The notes below the pieces were generated by a model. It worked only from the letters and a program-made list of their open reading frames with translations, ran no database searches and was not told the DNA's origin. A program made the position numbers and the translations under genes. A DNA stretch of 64,000 bases, from positions 10,591-74,590 of the forward strand of contig CAVVMW010000002.1 in NCBI GenBank assembly GCA_963749495.1, in the 5' to 3' direction. This DNA is from an uncultured bacterium (GTDB lineage: Bacteria > Verrucomicrobiota > Verrucomicrobiia > Limisphaerales > UBA8199). Shown here in pieces: positions 35,675 through 47,252 of this stretch (position 1 is its first letter; each line of letters opens with the position of its first letter).

Positions 35675-35909
35675 AGCCGACAACCTCGGAAGCGGCATTC
35701 ATCGCCATCTTCAACTCCTTCGCGTCCTGGGCACTAAAGCCACGCCCGCGCAGCAGACGCAATAACTCCGAGCGGGTGGCACCGACTCTCGGATGAATGA
35801 CTGCAACCGTCCTGCCGTGACGTTGGACTTCCACCACTTCACCAGCCTGCACCACCCGGTCCAGGATAGTCTTGCTCTCATTGGCCAGTTCAGATGCGGT
35901 CACAATCAC
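35658..35909 (-). CDS. Phd/YefM-family antitoxin
   Basis: VTASEL...ILDRVVQAGEVVEVQRHGRTVA; overlaps toxin start. Confidence 0.88.
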   Translation of the reverse strand: MIVTASELANESKTILDRVVQAGEVVEVQRHGRTVAVIHPRVGATRSELLRLLRGRGFSAQDAKELKMAMNAASEVVGYAGGD

Positions 35910-36020
35910 ACATGGAAAATATTCATGCCGGCGATGCTTGGCAACCCCTTTTAATTTGGACTATAGTCGAATGAGTTGACTTGGTTTGGGTTTCATTGGA
36001 TCTGATTTGAATTGATTTCT

Positions 36021-39000
36021 ATGGCTGAAGCAACTGTCTCTTCCCCGGCCCCCAGGAAACGGCGCCGCTGGTTTCGGTGGCTGGCCTGGGCCCTGGGCGG
36101 GCTGGTCGTCCTGGTCGTGGTGGTCTATTTCGTTGTCACCAGTTCCGCCTTCTTCAAAGGCGTGATCCTGCCCCGCGCCAGCAAGGCGCTCAACGCGGAC
36201 ATCACTGTGAGCGGGGCCTCGATCAGCCCGTTCCGCCAGGTGGTCCTGAACAATCTCAAGGTGCAGACAGCCGGGAGCGAGCCACTGCTGACCGCCCCGG
36301 AGGTTCGCTTGCGTTACAGCCTGATGGACATCCTCCGCGGCAATATCCACATCGATGAAGCCACTCTTTCCGCCCCAACGATCATCGTCGTCGAGAACCC
36401 TGATGGCAGCAGGAACTTCGATCCCATCGTCAAGTCCCAGACCCGCGCGGCGCCGCAGCAGGGCAAACCCGCGCCGTCCAAGCCCGGCAAGCCGCTCCAG
36501 ATTGATCTGAGTCACGTCACGGTGTCCGGGGCGACCCTCCGCTACGTCAAGCTCTACCGGAACGGCAACCGCAACGTGGACGAGTTGTCGAATGTGAACC
36601 TGGCGGTGGCCGGGCTCAAGAACAGCCAGACCGCCAAACTCACGCTGGCCGCCGCCATCAACATCCAGAACAATCCCCCGCCGCCCGGCACCAACGCCCT
36701 GCTCCAGGCCAAACTGGAGGGCAACCTCGACCTGGCCCTGACCGCCGACCTCAAGCCCGGTTCGGCCAAGGGCGCCTTCCGCCTGGATGTCGCCCGCGCC
36801 CGAGGCGCGCTGGCCCAGGCAGCCGCCCTGGGCGGCAACCTGGAATGCGACATCACCCCCACCGACATCAAGCAGTTGGCCTTGCGCTTTACCCAGGGCG
36901 GCGCGCCGCTCGGCCAGGTGCGGGTTAGCGGCCCTTTCGACCTCCAGAAGACCGAAGGCCGCCTGGCAATCGAGCTCCTGGGCATCGATAAGCAACTGCT
37001 CAACCTGGCAGGCGCCGCCCTGGGCATGGACTTCGGCACCACCGCCCTCGACTCCAGCAATCAAATCCAACTGGCCAAATCCGGCGCCCTCATCACAGCA
37101 GGCGGCCGCCTCAATCTCCTGAAGTTCCAAGTCACCCGCACCGGCCAAACGACGCCCACCCTCGATGCCCATGCCGATTACGATGTCACGCTTGACCGCT
37201 CGGCAGACACGGGCGCTAACCTCCTGCTCCGGGGTCTGACGCTGCTGGCCACGCGGCAGGGCAATCCGTTGCTGCGGAGCGAGTTGACCAAGCCGATGAA
37301 CCTGTCCCTGGGCAATAACCCGGCCAATTCCCAACTCCAGATGCCCGACTCCGCCCTGCGCCTCGTCCTGTCCGGGCTGGACCTGGCGGATTGGCAACCG
37401 TTCCTGGGCGGCGTCGCGCCGGCCGGCCTGGTCAACGGCCAGGTGACGCTGGTCTCTGAGAAAGGTGGCAAGCAGCTCTCTTACACCCTCAATTCGACCA
37501 TCCAGAACCTCACGGTCGTCCTGGGCACCAACCGCATCGAACAAGCCGGCGTTGCGCTCCTGCTCCGCGGCTCTGCCACCAACGGCAGCCAATTGGGCCT
37601 GGACCAGTGCAAGCTGGATGTCTCGAGGCAAAGCCAGCCGCTCCTCGCGGCCACCGCCTCCGGCACCTGCGGCCTCACCGACAAAACCGCCGACCTCCGC
37701 GTTAATTCGCAAGCGGCCCTGGCCCCCCTGCTCCAACTCATGCCCCAGCCCAACCTGAGCGTCTCCTCCGGCTCTCTCAAATTCACCGGCCACGTCATCC
37801 AAACGCCGCAGGCCCAGTCGCTCACCGGCAGCCTCGCATTGGCTGACTTCACCGGCCAATTCGCCAGCAACGTCTTTCGCAGTTTCTCCGCCAAAACCGT
37901 CCTCGACGTGGCCCTGAGCCCGCAGGTGGTCCAGATCAACCAGGTCGAGTTCGACCTCACGCCGACCAGCCGCGGCACAAATCAACTCGTGCTCACCGGC
38001 AGGGTGGACATGACCGACACCAACGCCACCCAGGGCAATCTGAAACTGGCGGCCGACTCGTTGGACCTCACTGGGTACTACGACCTCTTTGGCGGCGAGA
38101 ACAAGGCCGCCCCGGCCAACACACCCGCTGCCTCCAGCGCCCCGAAGCCCAGCCCCGCAACTGCCTCCCAGCCGGCCCCCGGCCCGGAGACGGCGACCCA
38201 GGGCAAGAAACTGCCATTCCGCAACTTCACCGTTCAGGCCAATATCCGCCGGCTTTTCCTGCGTGAAATCGAGATCGCCGATTGGCAGGCAGTCACCAGG
38301 CTCGACGGCGGGCACGTCGTCGTGGACCCGTTGAAGCTGACCCTCAACGGCGCGCCGCTGGGCTCGAAAGTGGACGTGGACCTGGCCGTGCCGGGCATCA
38401 AGTACGACATTGCCTTCAACGCACAGGCCGTTCCGCTGGCGCCGCTGGTTAATACGTTCCAGCCGGAACGCAAAGGCATTCTCAGCGGCACCTTCAGCGC
38501 CAAGGCCGTCCTGGATGGCACCGGCACCGCTGGCCCGTCCCTGCGCACCAACCTCACGGGGCAATTCGATCTGACCTCGACCAATCTCAATCTCTCGGTC
38601 GATAACATCCCAGCCAACACCGTCGGTGGACGGCTCCTCAAACTCATCGTCACGACCATTGCCGTCATCCCGGACCTGGCCAAGAATCCCGCCAGCACCG
38701 GCGTGTCGCTGGTTCAGGGCTCGCCGGCCTGGGGCGCGCCAGCAGCAGCGCCAGTCCCGGCTCGAGTGCAACCAGCGGCGGGTTGACGGCGGATCTGAAG
38801 AAATCTCCCATCAACGCCATCGTCCTGCACGGCACGATCGGCCCCGGCCCTGACGGCTCCGGCCAGGTCAAATTGCAGGAGGCTACCATTCAAAGCCCTG
38901 CTTTCGAAGCGGTGGCCAGCGGCACAGTCCAACTCGATAACGTCCTCACCAACTCGACCCTGCAGATCCCGGTGTCTGTCTTGCTCGAACGCAGTGTAGC

Positions 39001-39310
39001 CCAAAGGATCAACATGGCCGGCGACACCGCCACCAATGCGGCCTACGTCAAGCTGCCCGACTTCTTCGCCATCAAAGGCACCCTGGGCGATCCCAAACGC
39101 AACGTCAACTATCTGGCCCTGGCCGGAGCCGCAGCCAAGGGCCTGGGCGGCAAAGCCGGCCAGGCGGGCAGCCTCATCCAGGGCCTGGGCGGCCTGCTGG
39201 GAGGCAACACGAATAACCCGGCCCCGGGCTCCGCCAACAACCAGCCCGCCACCAACCCCTCCCCCGTCGGCGACCTGCTCAATAACCTGCTTGGGCACAG
39301 GAAAAAGTAG
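36021..39310 (+). CDS. AsmA-family protein (frameshift near 38720)
   Basis: N-terminal TM and long beta-rich body; C terminus in ORF 38783-39310. Confidence 0.8.
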
Positions 39311-39346
39311 ATGCCGCTGACGCATGACTGTGATAGCCTTCCGTGC

Positions 39347-40141
39347 ATGACGACGAAGAATCCGTTTCCGGGCATGAATCCCTTCTTCGAGCAAGAGTGG
39401 CGGGGCGTGCATTCGTCCTTGATCACGTATCTGGCTGACGCTTTGCAGGAGCTTCTGCCCCCAGACCTGGTCGCTCGACCCGAGGAGGAGGTCGTCACCC
39501 TCGCCGCCGGCGAGCGGGCGGCAACTTACCGCCCTGATGTGAAGGTCCGCGAACCCTGGACCCTGAAGGAGCCTGCGGGCAGCGGGGTGGCCACCCAACC
39601 TCCGCCGAAGCCCGCCGCCGAACCGATTCCGGTTCTCATGGACGAGGAGGTCGAACGGTGGATTGAGATTCACGATAAAGCGGGCCGGCTGATTACGGTC
39701 CTCGAATTGCTCAGCCCGAGCAACAAGCTCGAATCGGCGGACCGAGACCGTTATCTGCGGAGGCGTCGCGCCTTTATCAGTGGCGGGGCGAACTTCGTGG
39801 AAATTGACCTGGTGCGGCTAGGCGGCTGGGTCTTTCCCGAGGGCATTCGGAGTGTCCTCAATCAAGCGGGCGCCTGCTACGGCGTCTGTGTCTTCCGGGC
39901 GGCGCGCCCCGCCGAGCACGAAGTCTATCCTATCGGCCTGCGCGAGCGTTTGCCGGCCATCCGTGTCCCGTTGCGCCCTGGCGATGCTGACGCCGTCTTG
40001 GACCTGCAACCGTTGATTGACCAATGCTATGAGCGGCGCCGGTATCATTTTCTGAACTACCGGCTGGCTCTGAATCCGCCGCTCTCACCGGAAGACGCCT
40101 CCTGGGCCGGCCAGCTTCTTCGCCAACACGATTTGCTCTGA
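39347..40141 (+). CDS. DUF4058 family protein
   Basis: PFPGMNPF, LELLSPSNK, VEIDLVR. Confidence 0.9.
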   Translation: MTTKNPFPGMNPFFEQEWRGVHSSLITYLADALQELLPPDLVARPEEEVVTLAAGERAATYRPDVKVREPWTLKEPAGSGVATQPPPKPAAEPIPVLMDEEVERWIEIHDKAGRLITVLELLSPSNKLESADRDRYLRRRRAFISGGANFVEIDLVRLGGWVFPEGIRSVLNQAGACYGVCVFRAARPAEHEVYPIGLRERLPAIRVPLRPGDADAVLDLQPLIDQCYERRRYHFLNYRLALNPPLSPEDASWAGQLLRQHDLL

Positions 40142-40183
40142 ATTTCAGTTGCGCTCCCGCCACGGTGAGCTACATAACTCACT

Positions 40184-41572
40184 GTGCAATCGGTCATTGA
40201 TTACCTGAAACAAAACGAGGCGCGGTCCATAAACGAGCTGTGCGATTACGTGCGGTTCCCCAGCGTGTCCGCCCAGGCGCAGCATCGCCAGGATTTGCGG
40301 GCCTGTGCGGAGTGGGTGGCCCACCATTGCCGGCAGATCGGCCTGGATGCCCGTGTGTGCCCCACGCAGGGCCACCCCATTGTCGTGGCCAAGACCCCGC
40401 CGCCGCGCGCCAACTCCAGGGCCGCGCGCCGCCCCCGCTACGTGGTCTATGGCCATTACGACGTGCAGCCGCCCGAGCCGTTCGAACTCTGGAAATCGCC
40501 GCCGTTCGAGCCGCGCATCCACGGCCGCTCGCTCTTTGGCCGCGGGGCCTGCGATAACAAGGGCCAGAACCTGGCGCACCTCAAGGCGGTCGAGGCCTAC
40601 CTCAAGACCGGCACCGATCTGCCCTGCGACATCACCTTCCTCATCGAAGGCGAGGAGGAGGTCGGCAGCACCAGCCTGGCGGCCTTCCTGGGGGAACACC
40701 GGGCTGAACTGGCCTGCGAGGCGGTCGTCATCTCGGACACCGGTATGCCTTCGCCCAGACACCCGGCGCTCACTTATGCCCTGCGCGGCATCGCCGCCTT
40801 CGAGATTGTCCTTCACGGCCCCGCCCGCGACCTGCATTCCGGCATCTTCGGCGGCACTGTCGATAACCCGGCCCTGGCCCTCTGCCAATTGCTGGCCCGG
40901 CTCCGCGACAAGAACGGACGGATTGCCATCCCGGGTTTCTACGATGAGGTCCAGCCGCTCTCGGCCTCCGAACGCAAGCAGATGGCGCGCCTGCCCTTCA
41001 AGCAAAGCGACTACCGTAACCTCCTGGGTGTGCCCCGGCTCTTTGGCGAGCGCGGCTACACGCCCATCGAGCAACGCTCCGCCCGCCCAACTTTCGAGAT
41101 CAACGGCTTGACCAGCGGCTACCAGGGCGAGGGAAGCAAGACCATCATCCCCGCCTGGGCCCGCGCCAAGATCACCGCCCGCCTGGTCCCCAACCAGGAC
41201 CCGGACCGCATTGGCAAGCTCATCCACCGGCACCTCAAGAAACTCTGCCCCCCCACCGTGAAACTCGAAATTCAGTTCACCCGTGGCTCCGAGCCCTACC
41301 TGGTCTCACCCAACGGCCCGCAGGCCCAGGCCGCCTTGCGCGCCCTCAAGACCGCCTTTGGTTTCGAGCCGGTCCTCCTCCGCGAGGGCGGCTCCATCCC
41401 AATCGTCATCGATTTCAAACACTGCCTCCACGCCGACTCCCTCATGCTGGGCCTGGCCCTGCCCGACGACAACGCTCATTCCCCAAACGAAAAGTTCGAC
41501 CTCGACTGCTTCGCCAAAGGCCAAGTCATGAGCGCCGTCTTGTGGCAGGAACTGGGGGCACTGAAGAAGTAA
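40184..41572 (+). CDS. M20-family dipeptidase
   Basis: YGHYDVQP, GRGACDNKG, EGEEEVGS, HSPNE. Confidence 0.95.
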   Translation: MQSVIDYLKQNEARSINELCDYVRFPSVSAQAQHRQDLRACAEWVAHHCRQIGLDARVCPTQGHPIVVAKTPPPRANSRAARRPRYVVYGHYDVQPPEPFELWKSPPFEPRIHGRSLFGRGACDNKGQNLAHLKAVEAYLKTGTDLPCDITFLIEGEEEVGSTSLAAFLGEHRAELACEAVVISDTGMPSPRHPALTYALRGIAAFEIVLHGPARDLHSGIFGGTVDNPALALCQLLARLRDKNGRIAIPGFYDEVQPLSASERKQMARLPFKQSDYRNLLGVPRLFGERGYTPIEQRSARPTFEINGLTSGYQGEGSKTIIPAWARAKITARLVPNQDPDRIGKLIHRHLKKLCPPTVKLEIQFTRGSEPYLVSPNGPQAQAALRALKTAFGFEPVLLREGGSIPIVIDFKHCLHADSLMLGLALPDDNAHSPNEKFDLDCFAKGQVMSAVLWQELGALKK

Positions 41573-41711
41573 CTTTGTCGCAGCCTTTGCCGCAACCTTT
41601 GTCGGTTGGCTATTCGTCGACGAAGTTGGCGACAAAGGCCGCGACAAAGGCACGGAACCGGAGCGGCTTCGCTTCTGGCCGGGACTCAGTCCCTTCAGTC
41701 CATTATGTCCC

Positions 41712-42320
41712 TTACGTCCCCTCCCGGGGCGCCCCCACCCCCCACCTCTCCAACTCCAGCCCCAGCCGCTCGACCGGCAGCCCCACGACATTCGAGTAAG
41801 AGCCCAGGATCTTCTCGATAATCAGGCCGCCCTCCTCCTGGATGGCGTAGCCGCCCGCCTTGTCCAGCGGATTGACCCGCGTGAGATAGCGCCGGATTTT
41901 CACCGCGTTGAGCGGGTGGAAGGTCACGGCCGTGGTTTCCGCGAACACCCGCTGGCGCCGCTCCCGCAGGTGCAGCAGGCAGATCGCGGTCACCACCCAG
42001 TGGGTGCGCCCTTGAAGCTGCTCGAACATGCGATACGCCGCCTCCAGGTCCGCAGGTTTGCCCAACAGGACCGTGTCCAGGTACACGAGCGTGTCCGCCC
42101 CCAGCACCAGGGCATCCGGGTGTTTCTTGGCCACCCAGCGCGCCTTGCGATAGGCATTGATCTGCGAGACCTCCGGCGCCGTGAGTTGCTCGGCGTGAAT
42201 CTCCGCAGCCTGGCTGGGCACCACCTCGAACTCGAGCCCCAGCTCCCGCATCAACTCCGCGCGCCGTGGCGAACCCGAAGCCAGGATGATCGGCGGCAAA
42301 TCCCTCATTGCGAACGGCAT
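41712..42320 (-). CDS. maf: Maf nucleotide pyrophosphatase
   Basis: ILASGSPRR, GADT, DKAGGYAIQ, NVVGLP. Confidence 0.95.
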   Translation of the reverse strand: MPFAMRDLPPIILASGSPRRAELMRELGLEFEVVPSQAAEIHAEQLTAPEVSQINAYRKARWVAKKHPDALVLGADTLVYLDTVLLGKPADLEAAYRMFEQLQGRTHWVVTAICLLHLRERRQRVFAETTAVTFHPLNAVKIRRYLTRVNPLDKAGGYAIQEEGGLIIEKILGSYSNVVGLPVERLGLELERWGVGAPREGT

Positions 42321-42369
42321 GAGGGGAACTTACACACACCTGCCGGCCCCGTCGAGGGCCTTGCGGGGG

Positions 42370-42865
42370 GTCGAGTAGGGACGCGGGTTGCCCCGCGTCC
42401 CCCTCGCAGATCCCGGCGGGCGGTTTTCCCGCACCGGGCTCTTCACGACGCCTCGCTCGCGCACGCGCACGGTCGGTAGGCGTCCCCAAACAGCTTGATC
42501 TGACTGAGCCGCTCGAGGTCCCAATCCGCCGGGCCACGCAGACGCAGAGAGCCCCCTGCCCGTTCCACCACTCGCGGCGGTGGCACCTTGAAGCGCTGGA
42601 GCAGCCGATCGAAGGTGCGCCAAGTGAAACTGCGCCGCTGACTACGCCGATTCAGCCACTTGAACAGGATGCGGCTGGTTTCGCGGTGGTAGCGGTTCAG
42701 GCTCTCAGAGTTGCCTATGACTCCATAGTAATTCCAGTAGCCTTGATATTTCGCTCTCAGCGTTTCCATCAACTCGCTCAGCGGGTTATGCCTCTCGGCC
42801 TTAATCCACTCGGTGAACCGTTGCACCGCCCCGCGTAATTTCTTGCGACTGGTGCGACGCTTAAC
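42370..42865 (-). mobile_element. 5'-truncated group II intron (maturase X domain plus RNA domains V and VI)
   Basis: GYWNYYGVIGN...KWLNRRSQRRSFTW; GAGCCCGGTGCGGGAAAACCGCCCGCCGGGATCTGCGAGGGGG...CCCTACTCGAC. Confidence 0.92.
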
Positions 42866-44744
42866 TGCCGTTTCCAGGCTCAAAAGCCCTGCCCGACCCA
42901 AGCGGTGTCGGCCACGATCGCGATCTTGGCGCCGTCCGGCGAGAACGCGCCCGCTTTGACCCCCCCGACATCGGTCTTCCAAAGCATGGCCTGCGTCCGC
43001 AGGTCCCAAAGGCGCGGAAGGGCCTGGCGATGGACTGGCATGGCCTGCCAGGTGAGCAAACGGCCGCCGTCCGGGCTGAAGGCCGCGGCTGAAAACGGAA
43101 TGGGAAAGGACTGCGCTTGGAGGCCAATCGGTTTGGGCGGGGATTCATCCGACCTCAATGCAACCGTTTGGGTCTCCTCGAATGGGAATTTCGGCCCTCG
43201 CCTCTGACCGGTCCGCGCCTCCCAGAACTCGCAGGCCGCCGGGCCCAACAGAGGACCCGGGGTGAGGAAACCGCTGCCGTCCGGGCTGAAGGCCGCGTCG
43301 GCTATGCCGTGGTCGGCATCGTCCAGCCTCAGACGCACCTCGCCTGTGAGCGCGTCGCGCACGAAGACCTTGCGCGACCTCAAAGTCCTGTCGGAGAAAT
43401 CCGCGCGCACCTCCAGGATGCGTTGACCATCCGGCGCCCAAGCAGCGGCTTGGAGCATTGTACCCGCCTCGGTGGTGAGATTTGTCGTTAGTGTCCGCGC
43501 CACCGCGCCAGTCCGGAACGTCCCAGATCACTGATGCATGGGGCTCGGCCCGCGGTCGCGACCGCCGCCCTAACGGCTTCCTCTGCCGTCGTCATCGTCT
43601 TTTCCAATTCATCCAGCGCCCATATTTCAACCACATCCGGAGTGGATTCCCGGGCCAAAGCAATGCGGCTTCCATCCGGCGACAAGCGGCCATAACTTTC
43701 GCCGAGGGTCTTGAAGGCGGCCCAACTCGTGGCGTCCCAAAGCTCGACTCCAAGCAACGCATTGCTCAGAGCGCGCCTCCCATCGGGAGTGAACTCCACA
43801 CTGTGTACCTCTCCCGCCCCTTGACCCGAGGTGCCCTTCTTCCTAATCACAATCTTCCCGTTATCCGAGCGCACCTCGTAGATTAACAGCACACCGCCCC
43901 AGCTTGAGCCGGCAACCAGGCAACGGCCGTCCGGCGAAAAGCAGGCCGCGAACATGGTGGTCCGCACCTCATCCTGGAAGACATTCGTTGCGGTCGCCAG
44001 GTCGAATACCCTCACGGTGCAGTCATGACCTGCCGTGGCCAGGAGCCTGCCATCCGGCGAAATCCGTGCCGTTCGTGCGAAGCCAATCTCGACCGGGAAG
44101 AACATCTTTGATTTTCCAGTCGCCGCCTCAACCACATCTATCCCGTTAGGCCCCACCTCAAAGGCGCCGGCGCCGGGTTGCAGCATCAAGGGCAGCGCGA
44201 TCCACTGGTTATCGGGAGACCATCCCGCTGAGACCGGTTCGGACGCAACGCCCTTGCGCCATTTGTGCTTCTGCTTGCCCGTTGCCACCTCCCAAAGCGT
44301 GTATCCAGGCGCATCACTGCCCAACAGCCATTTGCCGTCCGGCGAAAACGCGAGCGCGCCGACCGGGTTCACCATGTCTGCGTTTTCGGTTTTTGCACTC
44401 TGGCGGAGCGTGGTCATCAGCCTTCCCATTTTAAGGTCCCAAAGTTCGATGGTGCCCTCAGGAAGCGAAGGAGCGCCCGGAAAATTGCCTGGCGCGAGCG
44501 AAGGGGCGCTGCCGCCGACCGCCAGGGTATTTCCATCCGGCGAGAACGCCAGGCTGTGGACCTTCGCATACGGGGGTCGGCCCGGGCGCCTGAGCACCTG
44601 CATGGGGATGGCTGAGTGAGAGTTGGTCACCATCAGGCAGGCCACGATGGGGCAAAGCCAGGCTAATGGGCGGAGGAGGGAGCGTTGCCCACCCCACTTC
44701 CGCTCGGGGGGGCCTGGATTCCCGGAAGGCCTTTCGGTTTTCAT
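42866..44744 (-). pseudogene. WD40-repeat protein, frameshifted and truncated at the intron fragment
   Basis: Repeated FSPDG motifs across ORFs 43488-44744 and 42880-43503. Confidence 0.75.
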
Positions 44745-45026
44745 GCCGAGATCATCGCCGAGAGACGCTTATGCCGCAAATTGAGAATTCTGATGCGTGC
44801 ATTGCTTCGTTTCCTTCTGTTCTGTTTCTGTGCCCAGTCGGCGGGATGCAGGAAAAGAACAGAAGGAAACGAAGGAAACGAAGGGTCGAAGACCCAGATC
44901 AGATCCGAGAACTGTGATCCGGGGACCAGGAAGAATTCTGTCTAACACCCCAGGGCGCGCCTCGGCCGCCTTCAGCATTGACTGGACGGGGCGGTTCTGG
45001 CAGTGTCCTGGGCCATGACACAGGCA

Positions 45027-47060
45027 ATGAAAAGGACGATCCAAAGTTGTTTGGCCGCGGTGTTGTGGGCGGGGGCGCTCCTGCCCTCATCGGGCCTGGC
45101 GCAGACCGCCGGGAGCGATAGCTACCAGGCCATCGTGACGCGGGAGTTCGGGACCGCCGCTGAAGCCATGACGGCGGTCGAGAAGGAGATCAGCAACGCC
45201 AGGCCGGGCCAGTACGCCCCGATTGAGGCGAAGTTGATCGCGGTGCTGGAGGCCCCGGGCGCCACCATGCCTGGCAAACAGTTCGCCTGCCAGATGCTCC
45301 GCATCGTGGGCTCGGCCCGATGTGTCCCGGCCGTGGGCAAGCTCCTGGCCGACCCGCGGTTGTCGCATGTGGCGCGGCAGGTCCTGCTGGGCATGGCGGA
45401 TGCGGCCGTGGAGCAGACGCTGCGAGATGCCCTGGGCCAGACCCAGGGCAGCCTGCGGATCGGCCTCGTCAACACCATCGGGGATCGCCGGGATCGCTCC
45501 TCGTTGAAGGCCCTGGCCGCCCTCCTGAACGGCAACGATGAAGCCGCCGCGCTCGCCGCCTTGAATGCCATCGCCAAGATAGGCGGGACGGAAGCCGCCG
45601 ACGTGCTCGAAGGGGCGGCAGTAACGGGGCCGCTCAAGCCCGCCCAGGCACAGGCGCTCCTGTGCTGTGCTTCCAGCGTGGCGGCCGTCGGCCAACCCGA
45701 GCGAGCGGAAAAGATGTGCCGAGCGCTGCTTGAGGGCGACGCCCCGGCGCCCGTCCGCGCAGGCGCTTTTGGCGCGCTGGCGCAACTGCAGAAGGAGCAG
45801 GCCGTGCCGCTCATCATCAAGACGCTCTCCTCGGGCGAGCCGATGCTGAGGCAGGTGGCGGCGGGGGCGGTGATTTCCGTTCCGGGCAATGCCGCGACTC
45901 GAGCGTTTGCGCAGGGGCTGCAGGGCTGTGCGCCGGAGACCAGGGTTGTGCTGCTGGGCGCGCTGGCCGCCCGCGGTGATGCGGAAGGCCTGAGGGAAAT
46001 GGTCAACCAGCTTGCAGCGGAGGGCGATGAAGCCATTCGCGTGGCCGCCCTCAAGGCGCTGGGCCGGCTGGGCGATGCCTCGAGCGTGCCGGTTCTTGCA
46101 GCCGCCTTGAAACAAAAGGAAGCCGCCGCCGCCGCCGCCGGCCAGACGTTGATCGAATTGCAGGGCGCCGGAGTGGCGGAGGCCCTGGTCGGGCAGGCGC
46201 AGACCGGCGATGCGGTCATCCGCCCGGCGCTGCTGGGTGTGCTGGCCGAACGCCGCCAAGTGGAGGCGCTGCCGGTCTTCCGTAAGGCGCTCAACAACGG
46301 CGATGCGGGCATGCGCCGGGCGGCGTTGAAATCGCTGGCGGTCTTGGGAACGCAGGAGGACCTGGCAACCCTGGCGGAGATGGTGCTGACGAAATCGGAG
46401 GCAGGAGAGCGCGACCAGGTGGCCCAGGCCATGTCCGAGCTGGGGCGCCGGCTGCCCGACAAGTCGGCGGGCTGTGCCCCGGTTCTCCAGGCGCTTTCCA
46501 GGGCCGATGCTCCGGCCAAGGCCTGCCTTTTGACCGTCCTGGCCGCCTTGGGCGGCGACCAGGCGCTGCAGGCGGTCCGGGACGCCCTGGCCGGTGAGGG
46601 CGAGGTCCGCAAGACCGCGGTCCGGGCCCTGGCGGATTGGCCGGATGCCGCGCCGATGGCCGACCTGCTGAAGGTGGCGAAAGAGGACAAGGAGCCGTCG
46701 AGCCAGATCCTGGCTCTGCGCGGCTATATCCGGATGGCGGGCCAGGCCAGGACCCGGCCCGAACAGAAGCTGGAGGCCTACCGGGCCGCTCTGGAGCTGG
46801 CCACGCGCCCGGACGAGAAACGGCTGGCCCTGACCGGCCTTGCAACCGTGGCGCATCCCGATTCCCTCAAACTGGTCGAGCCGTACCTCGAGGCGGGCGG
46901 ACTTCAGCGGGAGGCCTTTGTGGCTTACGAAAGGATCGCCCAATCCCTGGCCCGCCGGCAGCCCGCCGTGGCGAAGGAGGCCCTGCAGCGCGTGGCCGAA
47001 AAGGCAACCGATCCGGGCCTGCGCACCAGGGCCCAAAGGGCACTGGAAGGCATCAAGTAG
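45027..47060 (+). CDS. Secreted HEAT-repeat protein
   Basis: Signal peptide; HEAT/PBS-like repeats, AVRALADWPD...LALRGYIR. Confidence 0.88.
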   Translation: MKRTIQSCLAAVLWAGALLPSSGLAQTAGSDSYQAIVTREFGTAAEAMTAVEKEISNARPGQYAPIEAKLIAVLEAPGATMPGKQFACQMLRIVGSARCVPAVGKLLADPRLSHVARQVLLGMADAAVEQTLRDALGQTQGSLRIGLVNTIGDRRDRSSLKALAALLNGNDEAAALAALNAIAKIGGTEAADVLEGAAVTGPLKPAQAQALLCCASSVAAVGQPERAEKMCRALLEGDAPAPVRAGAFGALAQLQKEQAVPLIIKTLSSGEPMLRQVAAGAVISVPGNAATRAFAQGLQGCAPETRVVLLGALAARGDAEGLREMVNQLAAEGDEAIRVAALKALGRLGDASSVPVLAAALKQKEAAAAAAGQTLIELQGAGVAEALVGQAQTGDAVIRPALLGVLAERRQVEALPVFRKALNNGDAGMRRAALKSLAVLGTQEDLATLAEMVLTKSEAGERDQVAQAMSELGRRLPDKSAGCAPVLQALSRADAPAKACLLTVLAALGGDQALQAVRDALAGEGEVRKTAVRALADWPDAAPMADLLKVAKEDKEPSSQILALRGYIRMAGQARTRPEQKLEAYRAALELATRPDEKRLALTGLATVAHPDSLKLVEPYLEAGGLQREAFVAYERIAQSLARRQPAVAKEALQRVAEKATDPGLRTRAQRALEGIK

Positions 47061-47125
47061 GCGGCGACCTTGGGCTGCATGCAACAAACCGGAACAACCA
47101 ACCGCGGCACACCCATCCGGGTTTT

Positions 47126-47210
47126 GGACCTTTGTCGCAGCCTTTGTCGCGGCCTTTGTCGAATGCGCCATTTGTCGACAAAGGTTGCGACAAAGGCTGC
47201 GACAAAGATG
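47126..47210. repeat. CTTTGTCGC / GCGACAAAG inverted tandem repeat
   Basis: Same family as 41573-41650. Confidence 0.8.
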
Positions 47211-47252
47211 GTGCCAATGTTACGTGGTTCGATTTAGAATTTAGAGAATACC

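Noticed and set aside
42370..42865. Retron or DGR
   Set aside because: Only the maturase X domain and intron domains V and VI are present; no RT core, and no template/variable repeat pair with adenine-specific differences.
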